Source of the DNA: Dendrobates tinctorius
Lineage: Eukaryota
Length of the DNA stretch: 64,000 nt
Direction of reading: 5' to 3'
Assembly: GCF_039654945.1 (NCBI RefSeq)
Contig: NW_027361671.1
Coordinates: 84,258,001-84,322,000, forward strand
Position 1 is the first letter of the stretch, and every line of letters starts with the position of its first letter. The position numbers and the translations under genes were made by a program. Shown here one piece after another: positions 1-12,880 of this stretch. The notes under the pieces were generated by a model. It saw only the letters and a program-made list of their open reading frames with translations. It was not told the origin of the DNA and did no database searches.

Positions 1-248
1 AATGCAGGAGCAGAACGGAGGAGGGGAGGCTGTGCCACCGACCACCACTGCCCGGCTTTGAACATCCACAGGTATGCTATAGCAGCCGGCCACACAGCAC
101 ACCAGACCTCTCCATGCCCCATGGGGGACAGGAAAGACACTGGTGAGAGGGAGTAGGGAGGGACCTTTTAACCTCTTGTGCTTCCTGTCCCCCATTAGGG
201 CGTGGAGACGACTTCCTCCTATGCTGTCATGGAAGGTTGCTAGAGAAA
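1..248 (-). mobile_element. 5' terminus (left ITR) of a DIRS1-type element nested in the RT of DIRS-A; continues left of the window
   Basis: Reverse complement starts TTTCTCTAGCAACCTTCCATGACAGCATAGGAGG...GGGACAGGAAGCACAAGAGGTTAAAGGTC, homologous to the left ITR at 29503 (GGGACAGGAAAACACACAAGAGGTTAAAAGGTC). Confidence 0.8.
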
Positions 249-3200
249 GAGTATTTACTGTTATCCACAGATTCCTTGAAGACTGGAAGGGACCGACCCT
301 TGATGAGCAAGTCATCCAGATACAGTAACAGTACCACTCCCCGAGGACGAAGAATGGGCATGACAGCCACTATGACCTTGGTAAAGACCCTGGGAGCTGT
401 GGCGAGTCTGAAGGGCAAGGCCACGAACTGGAAGTGTTCCTCGTGAGTTGCAAAATGCAGGAGCTACTGGAGGGACGGGCAGATCGGAATGTGAAGGCAA
501 GCGTTCTTGACGTCGATGGATGCTAGGAACTGTCCCTTTTCCATGGGAGCGACAACTGAACGGAGAGTTTCCATTTCGAATCGCCGTACCGTGACAAGGT
601 GATTAACAATTGAGATCCAGAGATGGGTCGCAGGGACCCGTCCTCTTTTAGAACCACAAAAGAAGGACTGAATAAAATCTTCTGAACCCTTCGTGAAGGG
701 GGACCGGAATGATGACTCCGACCCTTAGAAGAGCCTGAACAGCCCGAAGGAAGGCTCTTGTCTTTCTCTTGGAGGAAGAGGAAAGGAAAACTCAAGTTGG
801 AGGGGGGGGGGGAGAAATTGTATATTATATCCGAAGAATACCAGCTTCCTGACCCATTTGTCGTCATTAGGTAAGATCTATGAGATCTGGCTCCCCTAGA
901 TCCAGAAGCCCTAGGCTTGGGTTTCCAAGAACTGTTAGATCTGTATGAGATCTGGGAGCCTCTGTCTCCGCGCGGGGACAGACCTGATCCGAAAGAGAAG
1001 GTAGAGGAGGACCAACTGGAATTGTTGCGAGAAAATCTAAACACGTCAGCTGTTGGAGCGAAAATGGCTGAACAGCCCTTTGTTGAGGAAGGAATTCACT
1101 TGTCTTCTCCCCCGGTAGTATCAGAAATGAGCTGGTCCAGTCTCTCTCCAAAAAGATGACCCGCTTGAAAAGGGGGGAGAATTCCACAAACTTTTAGATG
1201 TGGCATCCGCCCACCAGCCGGGGAGCCCTGGGGCTCTTCTAATGGAGATCGCATTAGCAGCAGTATGAGCCGCGCAATTGGCGGCCTGAAAAGAAGCATC
1301 TACTACAAAGTTTGCTGTGTGAATCATCTGGCTGGCGACAGAGGCTGTCTCCGGAGAAAGATTGGTGCCCTGGAAGGCAGTAATCAGGACTTCTGCCCAA
1401 GCGGCCTTGCCTTAGTGACCTAAACTGCGGCGAAGCATGGAACAAACGCCGCTCCTGAAACTTCCAAAAAATTGAACTGGCAAGGTAGTCAATTTGATGA
1501 TCAGAGGGGTTTCTGACCGAGGAACCCTCAGAAACAGATAGGAGCGTTGTGGAAGCAAGACGTGGTACAGGAGGGTCCACCGGAGGGTTCTGTAATCGAT
1601 CCTTCATTAGGTCTGGATCAAAAGGGTATTTAGCCAGAGTAAACTTTTGCCCAGTGAACCACTTATGGCTGATCCCTATGATACTGGACGGCTGGTAAAT
1701 AACCAGCGCACACGCTTATTCCTTAAATGAGGAGTGCTGGAGCGGGAATATTTTCATCATTCAACCTCAGAATCCTGTTGACTGATTCTATAAGAGAATC
1801 AAGCGACTCTTGATCAGTTGGGGGATTCTGAGGGGCTGACGTGACAGATACAAAATCAGAGTTATGCTCGCTGTGAACCTCAGGAGAGGGCGAGCGAGAG
1901 ACAGGAGTCGCTGATGTTGAGGCGCGAACGCGACTAGGGGACGCACCATGAGCCCGCTTTGGCAGAGACAGTCCTCCCGGAGGGGGAATATAGCCTTGGT
2001 CAGAGGCTCCACTGACCGTGACAGGGATGCAGCCCACTCGGGGGTACCAGATGCAGGAGGCCCGTCAGCAGCGGATGCGAGGGGCGTTGGAGCGCAGGTC
2101 GGGGCGCGGTTCGGACACAGGCCGGGTCGCGGTCCGTGCATAACGGATTAGCTTGAGCACTGGAGAGTCATGCTCGCTGTGGTAAGGCCGACTTGCAGGT
2201 AGTACACACGGTAGAAAAGCGCAGTGTGCTTCTTAGCGGCCCATTTAGCCTCCTGTGAATGAGGCATAGCGCTCCAGAAAGGGTTAACGGCAGAGTCTGA
2301 CTGCAGCTGCAGGGAATGTGCCGGGAAGGGGTTAAGCTTTAATCTGAGGGCAGATGCAGCTTACCCACGGTCCTGTGTTATGTCCCCCGGGAGGAAAACG
2401 GTGGCACTGTGGCGTCACCCGGAATTCGGCTGCTCCTGAAAGGGTTAACTGCAACAGAGGTAACAGACATGGCCCCCGAGATTAGAATCGCGCATCTCGT
2501 TTGGAATGAGAGGCGCCAAGAGGAGGGGGCGGTGGCGCTATTCAAATTGCGGCCTAGCAGGCCGGAAAAGCCGGGGACTAAATTTTTGGCCTACCCACTG
2601 TACGTGCCTGGGAGGGGGCGGCGCTATCGAGGGCGGCGCTATTTAAATTGCGGCCTCGCAGGCCGAAAAAGCTGGGGGCTAAATTTCTGGCCTCCCCGCG
2701 GTAAGCGCCAGGCGAGGGGGGCTGCGACCGGGCGCCAGTGTACCGCCGCTGACACTAAGTCAGCGCTTCTCCCGGGGACAAGGACCCAACCCCATACCTC
2801 CACTCCTGTGCTCAGTCAGGTCGTCGCTGTCCAGGGTCTTTCAGTCTCATCCTCCAGGCAATGTAGCAGAGCTGGAGGAGGTTTTACAGGGGGGTATTGC
2901 GCAATCTATCCACCCTGTGGTAGGGGGACGGAGAGCTCTGGGGCTGATTCAGGGCATCCGAAAAAGCGCTGTTCAGGTCTGCTCCATGCACTCCTGTGCT
3001 ACGTCTGTTGCGCTTGACCTCGTATCCGTGGAGTACCGACCATAAGGGAACCATCGTCAGAGGAATCAGCCCCATTCATCACAGGAAAGTGTACATGAAG
3101 GGTTACTCCACATGCTTGCCTGTTGTTGGTTCGGGGGAGAGCGGGCCGTAGAAAGGAACCATCGCCCCCTTCACTCCGTTAATTAAAAAATAAAAATTTA

Positions 3201-3411
3201 CAGAAAATTAAAAAATAAAAACGGTGGGGTCTGAAACCAGACCCAAGTGCCTCCTATAGACACTAAGTAAGAACTAGAGAATCCCAGCCAGCGAGAGGGT
3301 GTATACTGCAGGGGAGGAGCTAACTTTTTTTCTGGTTTACTTAGTGTCCTCCTAGTGGCCAGCAGCATAACACCCACGGTCTCTGTGTCCCCCAATGAGG
3401 CGTAGGAGAAA
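249..3411 (-). mobile_element. DIRS1-type retrotransposon A (degenerate): 5' terminus, gag-like ORF1, start of RT
   Basis: TTTCTCCTACG terminus at 3411; frameshifted gag fragments (PPVDPPVPRLAS); RT motifs ALPF.LATAPRVFTKV and YLDD at 227-424. Confidence 0.88.
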
Positions 3412-6400
3412 GATATATGTCGTTTGTGTGTTTATAAATAAAATATAATTTTGTGCTTTGCTAAAAACAAGACTCATAATTTACTTATTCACATTTCTCT
3501 ATTCTGATTAGAAATTTAAGTTCCCAAATGTTCTCATGTTTTCAATGTCATACCCCTAGCTAAGTGTCTACAAACATAAAAAAAATAAACCACAATATTC
3601 CTCACCTGTCCACAGAGAAGATTATCCATAATGTCCCACAACGATCCTGATGACTGCTCTCAAAAGTCAGCCGGCGGTAGTGATTTCCTCCAATCAGTGT
3701 ATCGCCAGCGGCTGGGTAGAGCAGTCACATCTCCCGACAGCAGACATAGCCCGATGGGAGCAGTAGTCTCATCAGCCCACGCATGCCGATCTGTGGTAAG
3801 CTTTTTACCGCAGGTCACCGCTCAGAGTCACAGTCAGATCTGCAGGGTCACGCTGACATCTGACATCATGACCCCGCAGCGCTCTGACCGACGGTCTTTC
3901 CTGCGGTAGCGTTACCGCCGATAACCACTGAGGCGGTGTTTCCCACGCTGTCACAGAGTTAACAGCGTGGGAAACATCATAGGAAGATGGTAAAAACGCA
4001 AACAAACTCAGCAAATCCGCAAACATTTTTATGCCTGCATTTTTGCTGTGGATTTGATTGACTCAAATTAGGTCAATGGGTGAAAAACTGTTATGAATGA
4101 GTCACCGAGGAGGAAAAACAAAAAACAAGCTAAGCCCCAGAAAACCAGAGAGGTTGGTAACTAAGCGGACCGCAGACCCCTGATCCCATCCACACAACCA
4201 GCAGCAGCCGCAGAGCGTACCCACGATGATCCCAGACGTCTCGTCACAGCCGGAGAACCCAATAAGCCCAAAGCAAGAAAAGGGGAAATCCAAACTGCCC
4301 CAGAGCAGACCCCAAAGCAATAGACAGCCCCCAAACATGTATTGTAGGTGAGACAAGACGAAAACACAAACACAGATAGAAAGATAGGCTGAGCAAACGA
4401 TGGGGCCCACACTAACTAGAAAGGACAGGAAAGGAAAGATGCTGTCTGCAATCACGCACAAAACCCTGCCAAAAAATGTCCAACACTTTCTGATAACAAA
4501 AACCCTGAAGTCGCTAGACTTCAATTCCCTATATCAGCACTGTGGTATATTCTGAAGACAGAGCAAAAAGAGAACAATCTGATCAGGGACAAAACACAAA
4601 CTGGCATAAACAGAGACATAAGAATGGAAATTCAGCACAGCCCCAGCAGGGGCTGGCTGACCACAAAAACTGAGTAAACCAGACCAAATCTCATGTGAAA
4701 AAATAGCAGAGCACACTTAGCTTGAGAAGGCAGAACAGAATTGGAAACCAGAACCTCAGGGCAGGAAAAAAATCACCATGACAAAATTAGGGAGTCGGCT
4801 GTCTTAAATCCAGACAGACTCCTGATGTCCAATCACAGTCCTCCTCCTCAGGTGGCAGGTCTCTGCCATTTAGATCAGCTTCATTACCTGCTGTCACCAC
4901 CAGAGGGAGCCCAGATAGAGAACTCACGACTCCTCTGTCAACACAGCCAGCTCCACCACCCTCACCAGAAGCCAGAGGTAAACCAGAAAATGAGTTCACA
5001 ACAAAAAAGGCTGCAGAAAAAAACACTTCAGGATTCTCATTGAATTAGCTTGCATACGGATTCCATATCATTTTTGGGTCATTTCCGCGCGGAAAGAAAA
5101 CACACTGTGTGCACACAGCCTAACACTACCTCAATGGTTTGCCAAAAGAAAAAGCAGGGAGGCAATCGCCCTTTTGGTTTTTCATTGTTTGGCTTTGTCA
5201 GTCTAGTTATTTTCTGTCATTTTAAAATTCATGATAAACCCCTTTTAAAACAGCAGAGCACTTTTTTATGGAACAAACAAGTTTTCCTTTTTTTTTTTTT
5301 TTTGCCATTTAACTATAGAGGCTTTTTCCTGACAAATCCTATAAGGAAAAAAACAACAGCAGGAACCTTTTGCTAAAAATGCCTTTAACCCAATAATGCC
5401 ACCATTTTTTTTTGCAATACTTGTAGCCCAATCTCACGCTCTGCACCTTAGTTCGCTTTAATAAAAACTGAACAATTGCCAAAAAAGTGTAGTACCATGC
5501 AGTTTATCACTGACCACTTCCAAAGGAGAAAGGTCCCCCAATTGACCTTTCCCCATGTCTTCTGACCAGATGGCCACAGTGAGAATAAGTGGTGTTCCCT
5601 CGCTTAAGCTTAGGCCCCTTCTACTTAAAAAAAAAAAAAAAATGTTCACGTGAGATGGCCTGTTTTTACTATCTGTGTGGTCTTTTTTTGGCCGTCCATT
5701 GTTTACTATCCGTGTGACACGTAACAGAATAGAATTTACATATTTTAGGTGTTAAAGATGTACAAAGATATGGATAGATATTTGTGAGATATATAATTGG
5801 TGCTTTGAGTGTGTAGTTTACTGTACATGTTAAGATAATAATAAAAAAAATGATGTGGGGTCCAACCCAATTTTGGTAACCAGCAAAGGTAAAGCAGACA
5901 GCTGTCAGCTATTATCATCAGGCTGGGAAGGTCCTTGGTTATTGATCCCTTACCAGCCTGAAAATACCAGCGTGCAGCCGCCCCAGAAGTAGCGCATTAT
6001 ATTACATGCTCCAATTCTGGAGCTTCGCCTTCGCTCTAACCAATTTGCGCGGAGGCAATCGGTGTAACGGTGTGATAGAGTTGATATCAGCTGTGTTTTC
6101 TGACAATTCGCAGCCGACATCAAGCCCTGGTGTTAGTAATGGAGGGGAGTCTATCATCGCTTGTTGCTACTGTGACACTGTATGTACCCAACTGCAAAAA
6201 AAACCCTTCAAATTCTGTCCTTTTAGGGGGGGGGGGGAGTTGCAGCATTTAACGGTTTGGTTAATTAATTTTAGATTTTAATAGACCGAACTTTTACAGA
6301 CTAGGCGGTAAAGAATAGGCTTTCTTTGTTTCCTTATTTTTAATGGGGGGAAAGGAAGATGCAGCCTACGTAAGATCTACTGCGTGTGGAGGACGTTCGG

Positions 6401-6424
6401 CACCGGAGCCCCATCACTGACATA

Positions 6425-6807
6425 TAGTGATGGGTGAACCACCGATGTTCGGGATCGATGTGTTCGCCTGATTTTTTTTGTAAAGTTCTAGTTCGGGGCC
6501 AGAGATGACACGAACTTGCGTCCGAAAAAACTTGCCGGAAAAAGTCGAAGACTGTTGAGTGCAGTGAATACCGCCGGAAGTTAATGAGCGACCCGTGAAG
6601 CAGATGCGGCCGGGAGACAGCGGGATGAGAAGACGCGTCGCTGGGGAGGTAAGTAGAATTATAATGTTTATTATTAATTTTCTGCTTTTTTTTTTTTACA
6701 GCTGGTCCTGGACCCGAACTGTTATACGGTTTCCCATGGAAACCCGTGTTCAGGACCGTGTGACCGAACACTATGTGTTCGGTACAGTTCGGGTTCGCCC
6801 ATCCCTA
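6425..6807. mobile_element. hAT-like MITE (TAGTGATGGG...CCCATCCCTA)
   Basis: Terminal inverted repeats and subterminal GTTCGG repeats; 8-bp TSD is degenerate (CTGACATA/CTGATGTT). Confidence 0.55.
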
Positions 6808-7222
6808 CTGATGTTCAGTTACGTCATTTTGGGTTAAGGAGTTCAATGATTTCCCGACAAAGAAAAACCCTAGCTAACTTTTAACACCTGCAGCTCAGCC
6901 ACTGCCTATCATGTACCTTTGCTCACATACAGAGAGACTTGATTTGCTTTATCTGAGATTGACTTTTTGAACCCCAAGGTCTAATAAATCACATTTCTTC
7001 TGTTGCTCTCCTACAGCTACACAGTATGAGACAGATCAGAGTCTTCTTTAAGTTAAAAACAAACTGTCTTCCCAGCTGCGGGTTTCTTTTCTGCTCCCGG
7101 TTGAAACAGAATACATGAAAGTAAATGTGTCCCTCCGCTACGTGAACGGCTGGAGGCAATGAATGCTCAACGGGCCGAAAGAGAGCGGCTATTAATCAAT
7201 ATCAAAACAAGCTTTCACTTAC

Positions 7223-7327
7223 AGCTTCATCAGCAGGATCCGCTTCTGAAACACTGCTAATGGCCTTCTTAGGAACCACTAAGAAATGTGTTGGCGCTTG
7301 TGGTGCGACATCATGGAAAGCGATACA
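7223..7327 (-). CDS. HINT1: HINT1 coding exon 2 ([35 protein letters not shown])
   Basis: Manually translated; tttgtag acceptor, gtaagt donor, 105 nt, in frame with exon 1; [16 protein letters not shown] motif. Exon 3 with the HxHxH triad not found in the window. Confidence 0.96.
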
Positions 7328-7769
7328 CTACAAAAGAAGAAAATCAAGACACATTAAATGATGATAAAACCCGAGGCGCCTAAGTAGTCATACGGTACGG
7401 GGTAGGACGATCAGAACCAAGCACACACACCAAAGTGCAGGGTCGGAAAGAAGCGAGAGGCTCGAGACTGTTCAGATTATGGTATAGAGAGCCTTGGGCT
7501 CAGTGGAATGAGAATATGGTCTAAAGATGGCCATAGGTGAAAAGAAGGTCACCCGAAACTGGAGATATCAGTGGGAAAGTGCAATCTCCTAGTGTGTTTT
7601 GGAGTCTTCCCCCCAATAGCAGTTGTTACAGGGAGAAGTGGTGCGATAAAATAAAAGAAAGTATTAGAACACGAAAAACACTTTTTTCTGTAAGTCAGTC
7701 AGTTAACTATAAAGCAGATCTATCTCCAGATTTCACAGTACTGATTTCATTATTAAAAAAGTCCCATAA

Positions 7770-7992
7770 GCCCCCGTCACACAAAGCGACGCTACAGCGA
7801 TCCCGACAACGATACGACCTGGTAGGGATCGTTGCTGCGTCGCTATGTGGTCGCTGGTCCGACACGACCAGCGATCTCACAGCAGGGGCCTGGTCGCTGC
7901 TACCTGACAAACATAGCGAGATCGCTGCTGAGGTCGCTGTTGCGTCACAAAACTTGTGACTCAGCAGCGATCTCGCTGTGTGTGACGGGGGC
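7770..7992. mobile_element. MITE of the GCCCCGTCACAC/AGCGATC family
   Basis: TIR GCCCCCGTCACAC...GTGTGACGGGGGC with TWA flanks; relatives at 20634, 40618 and 62460. Confidence 0.75.
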
Positions 7993-8062
7993 TTAAGACT
8001 TGATGAAGCTAAGGTATTTACTAAAAATAATCCTTGCCAAGACAGCTGCACATTCTTGTTTA

Positions 8063-8437
8063 GGGTTCTTTTACACTTCCAGTGATTTTTGCGGGCCGTA
8101 TTGCTGTGATTTTCACGGTCTCCCGCAAAAACAGGTCACAAAAAACCTTCTTGGATCGCCGTTTTTCCTGGTTTTGACAATTGGGGGAAAAAATATGGCG
8201 TTCCACAAATACGGTGTACCGCAAGAACAAGCTACCGTTGTTTTTGCGGCACCATTGATTTAAATGGGGGCCGTGTCCGTAAGCAGTGAAAAATATTGAG
8301 TAAGCTCAATTTTTTTTTACGGCTGTAAATATGGCCCTCATGGCCGCACGGCACTCCGACAAATTTTTGCGGCCCCATAGAAATCTATTGGGGCTGCAAA
8401 AACGGCCCGCAAAAACACGGCAAGTGTAAAAGAAGCC
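8063..8437. mobile_element. Harbinger/Tourist-like MITE
   Basis: TTA|GGGTTCTTTTACACTT...AAGTGTAAAAGAAGCC|TTA. Confidence 0.7.
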
Positions 8438-8440
8438 TTA

Positions 8441-8745
8441 GGGTATGTGCACACGCTGCCGATTGGGGTGCGGATTTGGCCGCACGGATTTTGTAAAATC
8501 CGCAGGTCAAAAAACCTGCGGTTTTGCCCTGCGGCTTTTCATCTCCTCAATGGAGGAGATGGCAAAACGCAGCGGAATCCGCAGAAAGAATTGACATGTC
8601 AATTCTTCCTGCGGTTTGGAAACCACGGAAAAATCCGCACCGTCTGCACTGCGGTTTTTAATATCCATAGGATATTATGGTACTGTACACCGCAGCAAAA
8701 ACTGCTGCGGATCCGCAGCAGAATCCGCAGCGTGTGCACACACCC
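8441..8745. mobile_element. Harbinger-derived MITE (GGGTATGTGCACAC family)
   Basis: TIR plus TTA TSD; close copies at 27772 and 43070. Confidence 0.8.
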
Positions 8746-11700
8746 TTAAGGTGTACTGCTCTAATACTGAAATGTGCATTTACATACTAGGAAAGCAAGC
8801 TTATGAAAAAAAAAAAAAAGGCGGGGGGGTTATTTTTAAAGCCTTTCTGACAACGGATTTTCACTGTGAGTAGACCAGCCTCATCAAGAGTAAGATTTAT
8901 TTAACAATGAATGCTGTTTGCATTGTGAAATCTGGTGAGAGACACTTTAGAGTAAATTATTGAAAAATATACATACACAGCAAATTGTTTTGATTTTTCA
9001 TTTTTTTGTCATATTCCGGACAATTTTTTGTGTTCACCCATAGGCTTTTTTATAGAGATTTAAAAATGTCCAAAAAGATTGTTAAAAATGCCTTAAAAAA
9101 GGCCACAACTGGGAAACAAATGGCATTTTTTCCAAGAATATTGAGCAGATCCTTCCTGCCGAGACAAAGCACTGGGCTTTCCAAGAGATACAGTTCAGAT
9201 GTATATTCTAAATTGTTTTAGGATTTATTTTTCTTGGGGTCAGTCAAAAGAACCTGGCCTGCGCTTCTGCTTAAGACAGACAGCTGCACATGGTAAGTAC
9301 TTCATGGGATAACGTATGCCCATCACCAGGGCACAACTTCATGGCACCATCGGGTGACTAGGTACCAAAAAGTACATGGTGATTCACTCACTACTTTACC
9401 CAGAAATATTGCTGTAACTTCTAAAAGAGACGTCGATTTTACTGAAATTTGGACTGGACCTACTTCGGTTCACAAGTGAGAGTGCCATGAATCTCAGTGG
9501 AAGAGACGAGAAACATCCTCGCGACGAGTCGTCTCATCGATCTGTCGCACCGCCGGTCGTCTCCATTACGAGAAAGACCTGCTACATGCCTGTCTGCATA
9601 TCGATAGTTTATGTGGCGCATGCATTTCACCCCGGCCAAATTGCTTCTTCATTTTTTAAACAGTTCGGAGCGAGTTTCCATGTCCTCTTTTACATGTCAA
9701 CGAGCGGCCAAGAAAGGTCATGTTCACCTGTTCAGAGTCTCTGTCGTTCAGAAATTGAAAGGGCCCGATCAAGAGAAAATTTCACCCATACAAAGTATTG
9801 GATGGGGCGAATCTGCACAGTTCCGTGAACCCACGTGGAATCACCTGCGTTCAACAGACGGCAGCGCTTTGGACGCGGCGAACATGAGCTGTGTACAAAG
9901 CGCCGTTAGTTCCGTAGTTCTGGATCGTGTGCACCCGGCCTTACAGTCATTTCATTGCATGGAGAAACATTGTAAGGTAACAAAGGAAAATCACCATCTA
10001 GGTAATTATTGAATGCAACCATGGAAAGATCGTTCTGCTACGCCCCAGCATTTCAAAGAAAATGTACTTCAAAGATCTTCCCAGCCCAACTGCAGGTGAT
10101 TGATAGATCTTTCCATCACGTCTACATAGGGAAAAACCTAACAAACATCTTCAGCGTCGCTGGGAAGAGTCAGCCGGACTAGTCTCATCTCCGGATATGA
10201 TCCCGTATATTTCCTGTGAAATATACGCCTGGATGCGGTCATGCAGCCGAGCTGTGATTCATGCTGTCCGCAGATTGGGTAGCATGAATCAGGTGACAGG
10301 TTCCCTTTAATAAACTCATAACGAGTCTTAACATTTGACTTGTCAATGGCCATCCTTGTACACAGTGAATAACAAATACAGCCACAGTCTATAGTCTTAT
10401 TACTTTTCCAGTAAAAATAAAGGAACAGCATGACATTGCTTACTTATGAGGAAAACAAGCATTCACTAAAACAGACTTGCTTAGGTCTGTAAATGTTTCA
10501 CACCAAAATTGGAAACATTGGACTTTGGATGTTTCCACTTTAGTAGATTTGTTGCAAAATACAACATCAGAGTATGTTTTGACATTTTTGACACTTTTCT
10601 TCTTCATTTTTATGGAATTTCAGGAGCTACGGATAATTTTTTTGGCAACAGTAGATGAGAGCTTGTTTTTTTTCCCAAGAGTTGTTTTTGTCAATACCAT
10701 GAGTTTGTGGTACATATAACTTGTTGAACTATTATTAACTTCTGTGCTTGTACAATCTTTGGAAATCACCTGCAATCTGGGCATACAGATATGTCCATTT
10801 ATGGGAAGGGGTGAGCATAGGTAAAACAGACAAACCCTGCAGTTTTCTTCTCAATGCACAGTGACAGTGCACCCCCTCACTGTCTATACTAAGTGACAAG
10901 CCATTGAGAGAGCACACTGTCCGTGCGCATTGTAAGGAGAAAACACAGCAACCAAAGGGCAGAAACTGGACCCGCCTCCAAAACAGACGTTACTTTGAAG
11001 GATGGGGGTGGTATGCTTGCAGCATTGTCTCCTTACAAAGGCCACTGACAGTGCACTCTCTTTATGGCTTATCTCTTGTCATTAGAGCCAATGAGGGAGC
11101 GCACTGTCACTGTGCACTGCAAAGAATATTGCGGGATCTAGCTGGTCTACCTATGTTCACCCCTTCCAACAAACAGATATACGTGTAATCCCAGAATGCA
11201 GGTGATTGCCAGGGATGGCATAAGCACAGGGGTTAATAAAAGTTTAATAAGTTACATGTACCACAAAATGATGCAATTGACAAAAACAACTTACCCTGGA
11301 CAAATCAAAAACAAAAAAAACCAAGCCCTCATATGTCTGTCAGCGAAAAAAAGTTATGGTTCCTGGAACGCCATAAGAAAATGAAGAAAAAAAAAAAAAA
11401 GCATCACAGTGACAGGGGAGCTTGTCGGAATTGACGACCAAAGCATGCTCAGTAGAGCTGGGACTAGCCCAACCCCAGAAACAGATGTCATTGATGACGC
11501 TTCCTAACAGGTTAGGGACAGAGGTAGCAGCAGTAACTGCAGCTTCTGCTTAGAGATCTTAGAGGAAACATCATTACACCATTAACAAGAAGGTAGGTTT
11601 AAAAAAAAAACAGCTAGAGAGATTTGAGAGGGAACGGTAAGGACTTTTAAACTAAAGTATATTAGAAAAGCAATTGGTTTATTACAATAGTCATTTAGGA

Positions 11701-12200
11701 TTAAAGATCAATATTTGTTTTGCAGCCCCCCTTATGGTATGACAAAAGGGGAATAAAACTTCAAAACTTAAAAATTTCAATTAATTGTATAAATTTTCAC
11801 CAAATTTCCAATATTTCCAAAACGAAAATATTATCAACCTAAATTTGACTATTATGAAACACAAAGGCCCAATTCATGAAGGAATTACATCAGGATTCTG
11901 CTGTAAATCTATTTGCAAACTTGAAAAACTGATGGGCAATGTTGTGACTATTGGCATTTCCACACTAGGTTTGGCATGCTCCGTCATAATAGGCCGAGCT
12001 GGGGTGACGCCACAGCTCAACTAAGTCATGACAAGCTGCTGAGTTTATCCGGCCAGAAATCTTACACTAATCTGACTGGAGTAAGACCTCAGTGGTGAGG
12101 AGCACGTCACTCGTCAGACGCAAAGGATTCATTAAGAGGCATGCAGTTCTTATTGAATCAGGAGACGCCCCGGACGCTGTTGATCACACAGGTCTTCAAA

Positions 12201-12880
12201 AATCATGGCCATAGTGTAGCAGTCTTGGTGACTTAATCATGGCCATAGTGTAGCAGTCTTGGTGACTTAATCATGGCCATAGTGTAGCAGTCTTGGTGAC
12301 TTAATCATGGCCATAGTGTAGCAGTCTTGGTGACTTAATCATGGCCATAGTGTAGCAGTCTTGGTGACTTAATCATGGCCATAGTGTAGCAGTCTTGGTG
12401 ACTTAATCATGGCCATAGTGTAGCAGTCTTGGTGACTTAATCATGGCCATAGTGTAGCAGTCTTGGTGACTTAATCATGGCCATAGTGTAGCAGTCTTGG
12501 TGACTTAATCATGGCCATAGTGTAGCAGTCTTGGTGACTTAATCATGGCCATAGTGTAGCAGTCTTGGTGACTTAATCATGGCCATAGTGTAGCAGTCTT
12601 GGTGACTTAATCATGGCCATAGTGTAGCAGTCTTGGTGACTTAATCATGGCCATAGTGTAGCAGTCTTGGTGACTTAATCATGGCCATAGTGTAGCAGTC
12701 TTGGTGACTTAATCATGGCCATAGTGTAGCAGTCTTGGTGACTTAATCATGGCCATAGTGTAGCAGTCTTGGTGACTTAATCATGGCCATAGTGTAGCAG
12801 TCTTGGTGACTTAATCATGGCCATAGTGTAGCAGTCTTGGTGACTTAATCATGGCCATAGTGTAGCAGTCTTGGTGACTT
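12201..12880. repeat. Minisatellite, 20 x 34 bp AATCATGGCCATAGTGTAGCAGTCTTGGTGACTT, in HINT1 intron 1
   Basis: Period 34, 680 bp, units appear identical, no spacers. Confidence 0.95.

Noticed and set aside
4090-5039. Possible solo LTR (TGTTATG...CA)
   Set aside because: LTR-like composition, but no TSD or partner LTR could be confirmed
3412-7222. HINT1 exon 3 (LLGHL...HxHxH...WPPG)
   Set aside because: Not found by eye; probably left of the window beyond the DIRS insertions
9487-10012. ORFs with a faint RT-like RYAD word on the minus strand
   Set aside because: Part of the region matches the non-coding repeat near 62888, and no other RT motifs are present
12201-12880. CRISPR-like array (34-bp repeat)
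   Set aside because: No spacers and no cas genes; it lies in a vertebrate intron
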